A stretch of DNA of 52,379 nucleotides from Minisyncoccota bacterium (GTDB lineage Bacteria > Patescibacteriota > Minisyncoccia > Phycocordibacterales > DASSSU01), in NCBI GenBank assembly GCA_035708305.1, contig DASSSU010000037.1, positions 1-52,379 on the forward strand. Reading direction: 5' to 3'. Of the stretch, positions 49,921-52,379 are shown in pieces. Position 1 is the stretch's first letter. The number at the start of each line of letters is the position of its first letter. The position numbers and the translations under genes are program-made. Below the pieces are notes generated by a model that worked only from the letters and a program-made list of their open reading frames with translations, was not told the origin of the DNA and searched no databases.

Positions 49921-51465
49921 ATGGTCTCTTTTGCGCTGAAAAAATATTTCCCGTTCATTCTTCTTTTTTCCGTTTTCTTTTTTTGCGGTATTTTTCTTGC
50001 TCATGCCGCTCCGACGGATTCAGATTCTGTCATTGTCAAACAGGAAGTTAGTACCTGCGTTGTCAATGGTGTTTGTGATGCTGCCGAAAATGCAAGTAGC
50101 TGCCCCATGGACTGCCATATTGCCTGCAGTGATCACACGGACAATGATGGCGATGGGCTCATTGATTATCCGGCCGATCCCGGATGCACATCGGCTACAG
50201 ACACGGACGAGTACAACGCGCCGGTGGTTCCTCCTGTGGTGAACAGTGGATCTTCCCAGGAACCGGAGAATGGGAGCTATGTACCGGGAGTGATTCAGTT
50301 TTCAAATTTGCGGATCAACGCTGGGACCCTTCAGGCAACGATTTCTTGGACCACAAATTCAGAGACTTCCGCGAAAGTTTTCTGGGGAAGAACACGCGAT
50401 TATGGAGATGGTTCGCTTTCCAGTTTGGATTATGAACAAAACCACGAGGCAGAACTCGCCAATTTGTCACCCGGAACGGTATATTATTTTGAAATAACTG
50501 CACGCACATATTCCGGCGCCCTTCTAACTGAGCAGGGGTCTTTTGTGACCGCCAATCCTGGCGGGAAACAAGAAACACCCAATGTCTCTGACTTGCAAAT
50601 CTCAGGAGATGCTTCGGGGCTGGTGGTTGCCTGGAGAAATCCGGCGGATCAGAATTTTGCTTCCGTGAAGGTGGTGAAAAAACTCTCCGGCTTTCCCCAG
50701 GATCCAAGTGATGGTGACCTTCTCTACGAAGGCACAGGAGAATTTGTTTTTGATCAGAATGTCCGTGCTGGGAGCCGCTACTATTATGGTGTCTTCGCTA
50801 AGAGCAAGTCGGGAGATTTTGCTTCGGGTGTGGTTGGTTCTTTCCTCATTGGGAGTTCAGGTGGCGAAAAAGGAAATGAAGGAGGTGGAAATGGGGATTT
50901 GGAAGGAACGCTCCCGGGTACGCATATCAATCAGCCGGGAACATCAACTTCAAGCGGAGGAAATACCACACCCTACGCACTGTCTTTGAGTGATTTTATC
51001 TTTACCCAGGGAAACAACACGATTCCTATTTCCGGGGGTGGAATTCTGAAGCTTGATCCAGGTATTCCTTTTGCCATACTTTTGCCGAGTCAAGCGGTGC
51101 GAAACGGCATCTCGTCTGTTCTTTTTGAGAGAACGAATGACGACACTAATGCCAAAACCAATTATCTTCTTTACAAAGACCAAAACGAAGACGTGTACCG
51201 CGCACTTCTTCCGGCATATTTTACGAAAGGGAAATATCCGTTCCGGATCTTTGTCGTTCAGGCGGATGGGAATTATTACACACTCTCTGGCACGATCCAG
51301 ATTGTGGCATCTTCGTCTGAAAGCATGAACTCCGGGGGAAAGACGGAGATTATCGGGTTTTTGACAAAGAATCCACAAAAAACCATTATATTTTCGATAT
51401 TTTTGCTGCTCCTGCTCATTTTGCTGCTTTTGCTTCGTCACTATCAAAAACTCAAACTTCCTTGA
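49921..51465 (+). CDS. Multidomain surface protein (Cys motif, DxDxDG Ca-binding-like repeat, FN3-like domains, C-terminal TM)
   Basis: C..NGVC...E...SCP.DC; CSDHTDNDGDGLIDYPADPGC; ATISWTT...L.PGT.YY. Confidence 0.7.
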   Translation: MVSFALKKYFPFILLFSVFFFCGIFLAHAAPTDSDSVIVKQEVSTCVVNGVCDAAENASSCPMDCHIACSDHTDNDGDGLIDYPADPGCTSATDTDEYNAPVVPPVVNSGSSQEPENGSYVPGVIQFSNLRINAGTLQATISWTTNSETSAKVFWGRTRDYGDGSLSSLDYEQNHEAELANLSPGTVYYFEITARTYSGALLTEQGSFVTANPGGKQETPNVSDLQISGDASGLVVAWRNPADQNFASVKVVKKLSGFPQDPSDGDLLYEGTGEFVFDQNVRAGSRYYYGVFAKSKSGDFASGVVGSFLIGSSGGEKGNEGGGNGDLEGTLPGTHINQPGTSTSSGGNTTPYALSLSDFIFTQGNNTIPISGGGILKLDPGIPFAILLPSQAVRNGISSVLFERTNDDTNAKTNYLLYKDQNEDVYRALLPAYFTKGKYPFRIFVVQADGNYYTLSGTIQIVASSSESMNSGGKTEIIGFLTKNPQKTIIFSIFLLLLLILLLLLRHYQKLKLP

Positions 51466-51491
51466 GTGCAGGAATGCAGAGCTGCTGGAGG

Positions 51492-51537
51492 AAAATAAAA
51501 AATCCTGAAAACTGGCCTTCAGGATTTTTATTTTTTT
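51492..51537 (+). terminator. Intrinsic terminator
   Basis: aaaataaaaaatcctgaa...ttcaggatttttattttttt. Confidence 0.8.
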
Positions 51538-51569
51538 GAGATGATTTCTTAAAAAATATTTTTTAAGAA

Positions 51570-51578
51570 TGTGGATAA
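51570..51578 (-). promoter_or_regulatory. Perfect DnaA box upstream of the HTH-TM gene
   Basis: TGTGGATAA; TGgTAAAAT at 51616-51624. Confidence 0.55.
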
Positions 51579-51695
51579 CTTCACGGTAAAAAACACGATT
51601 TTTCAAGAGCTCTTGTGGTAAAATATTGTTGTATTTTTCTTTCAATAGAGTATTGAATTTCTTTATTTAAGCCATTTTTTATTTTTAACAAATTT

Positions 51696-52127
51696 ATGAG
51701 CGCAAAGTACATCACTCTTCAAGAAGCAAGTTCTGGAACGCCCTATGACGCCAATTATCTTGGGCTTTTGGTTCGAAAAAGAAAGCTTCCGGCAAAAAAA
51801 GTAAAAGGGCGCTGGATGACGACGGAGGAAGATGTTCGGGCGTACTTGCGCACGCATTCAAGAGTGCCAATGAGCGCTCATTTTTTGTTTCGGAGGGGGG
51901 TATTGACACTTTCCTTTCTTTCTTTGTGTGCTCTTGTGGTGGCAATCTTTTTCCCGGTGTTTTTCTTCTGGGGTTTTGAAGGAAAGGGAGATAGCGGTTC
52001 CGTCAAGAGCGTAGCAACAGTGCAGAAAATCCCCGACTCCGACGGAGAAGGCCCAATCATCATTGGCATGGACACTTCCGGCGGGCTGAGCTCGCGAATG
52101 ATCGCCGCAACGCAAAATACACCGTAA
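51696..52127 (+). CDS. Excisionase/MerR-like helix-turn-helix domain fused to a TM segment
   Basis: YITLQEAS....Y.ANYLG.LVR...LPAKK..GRW.TT followed by a hydrophobic helix. Confidence 0.65.
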   Translation: MSAKYITLQEASSGTPYDANYLGLLVRKRKLPAKKVKGRWMTTEEDVRAYLRTHSRVPMSAHFLFRRGVLTLSFLSLCALVVAIFFPVFFFWGFEGKGDSGSVKSVATVQKIPDSDGEGPIIIGMDTSGGLSSRMIAATQNTP

Positions 52128-52164
52128 GTTTGTTGGTGCTGTTTTTGTTTTTGAAAATGAACCC

Positions 52165-52379
52165 ATGAAAGCCCGTTTATCAAAACTGAAATTCATTTCT
52201 ATCCTCTCTGTTTTTGGGGCGGTGCTTTTTAGTGTATTTCTTTCCCTCGCCTCCGCCTCCTTCACCCCCACCATCAACTACCAGGGTAAGGTCACAGATG
52301 CTTCCAGTACGGCGGTGGCCAATGGAAGCTACGACGTGACCTTCAAGCTCTACACGGTCCCAACCGGAGGCACGGCTAT
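52165..52379 (+). CDS. 5' partial gene for a secreted, probably large surface protein (truncated by the window end)
   Basis: Open frame from ATG 52165: MKARLSKLKFISILSVFGAVLFSVFLSLASASFTPTINYQGKVTDASSTAVANGSYDVTFKLYTVPTGGTA. Confidence 0.75.
   Translation, partial: MKARLSKLKFISILSVFGAVLFSVFLSLASASFTPTINYQGKVTDASSTAVANGSYDVTFKLYTVPTGGTA

Noticed and set aside
51696-52127. HTH gene as a prophage excisionase
   Set aside because: It carries a TM segment and has no integrase or phage genes nearby

Overview
This looks like a chromosomal segment of a Patescibacteria (CPR, Parcubacteria-like) bacterium using genetic code 11 (TGA ends pilB, gpmA and other genes). The taxonomic call is inferred from gene content and style: CPR-type VirB2-like pilin, pilMNO without a secretin, an HRDC-XseA fusion and few Shine-Dalgarno sites. 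Gene content in order: sugar genes (GH15, PfkB, pgi); LOG; xseA/xseB split by a HAD gene; comF divergent from a type IV pilus locus (pilM, pilN-like, pilO, pilP-position gene, pilB, receiver protein, pilT, pilC, major pilin, pilD, four minor pilins); ligA; an atypical pilin paralog; AI-2E; metG; VirB2-like pilin; tatD; rpsF-ssb-rpsR; lemA-htpX; tRNA-Ser(GGA); eno-gpmA; an accessory block (RhuM-Fic, frameshifted NUDIX, alpha/beta hydrolase, Cys-tailed glycine-rich-domain-like protein, GT4); glyA; a PAS kinase and receiver; and a WxL/DUF916-like surface cluster that runs off the end. The strongest unexplained signal is non-coding. Seven ~120-130 bp nested hairpins (family B) each start at or within a few nt of a stop codon, four of them in the pilus operon. 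Their stems differ in sequence but stay paired, while the loops and core are conserved. A second hairpin family (A, nine copies) often follows them. Other signals: four perfect DnaA boxes upstream of pilus/surface-gene promoters, a 38-nt identical tract shared by pilB and pilT, att-like duplications at gpmA and tRNA-Ser, and a possible RiPP-like trio. All calls come from reading the sequence by eye; no database searches or folding programs were run.
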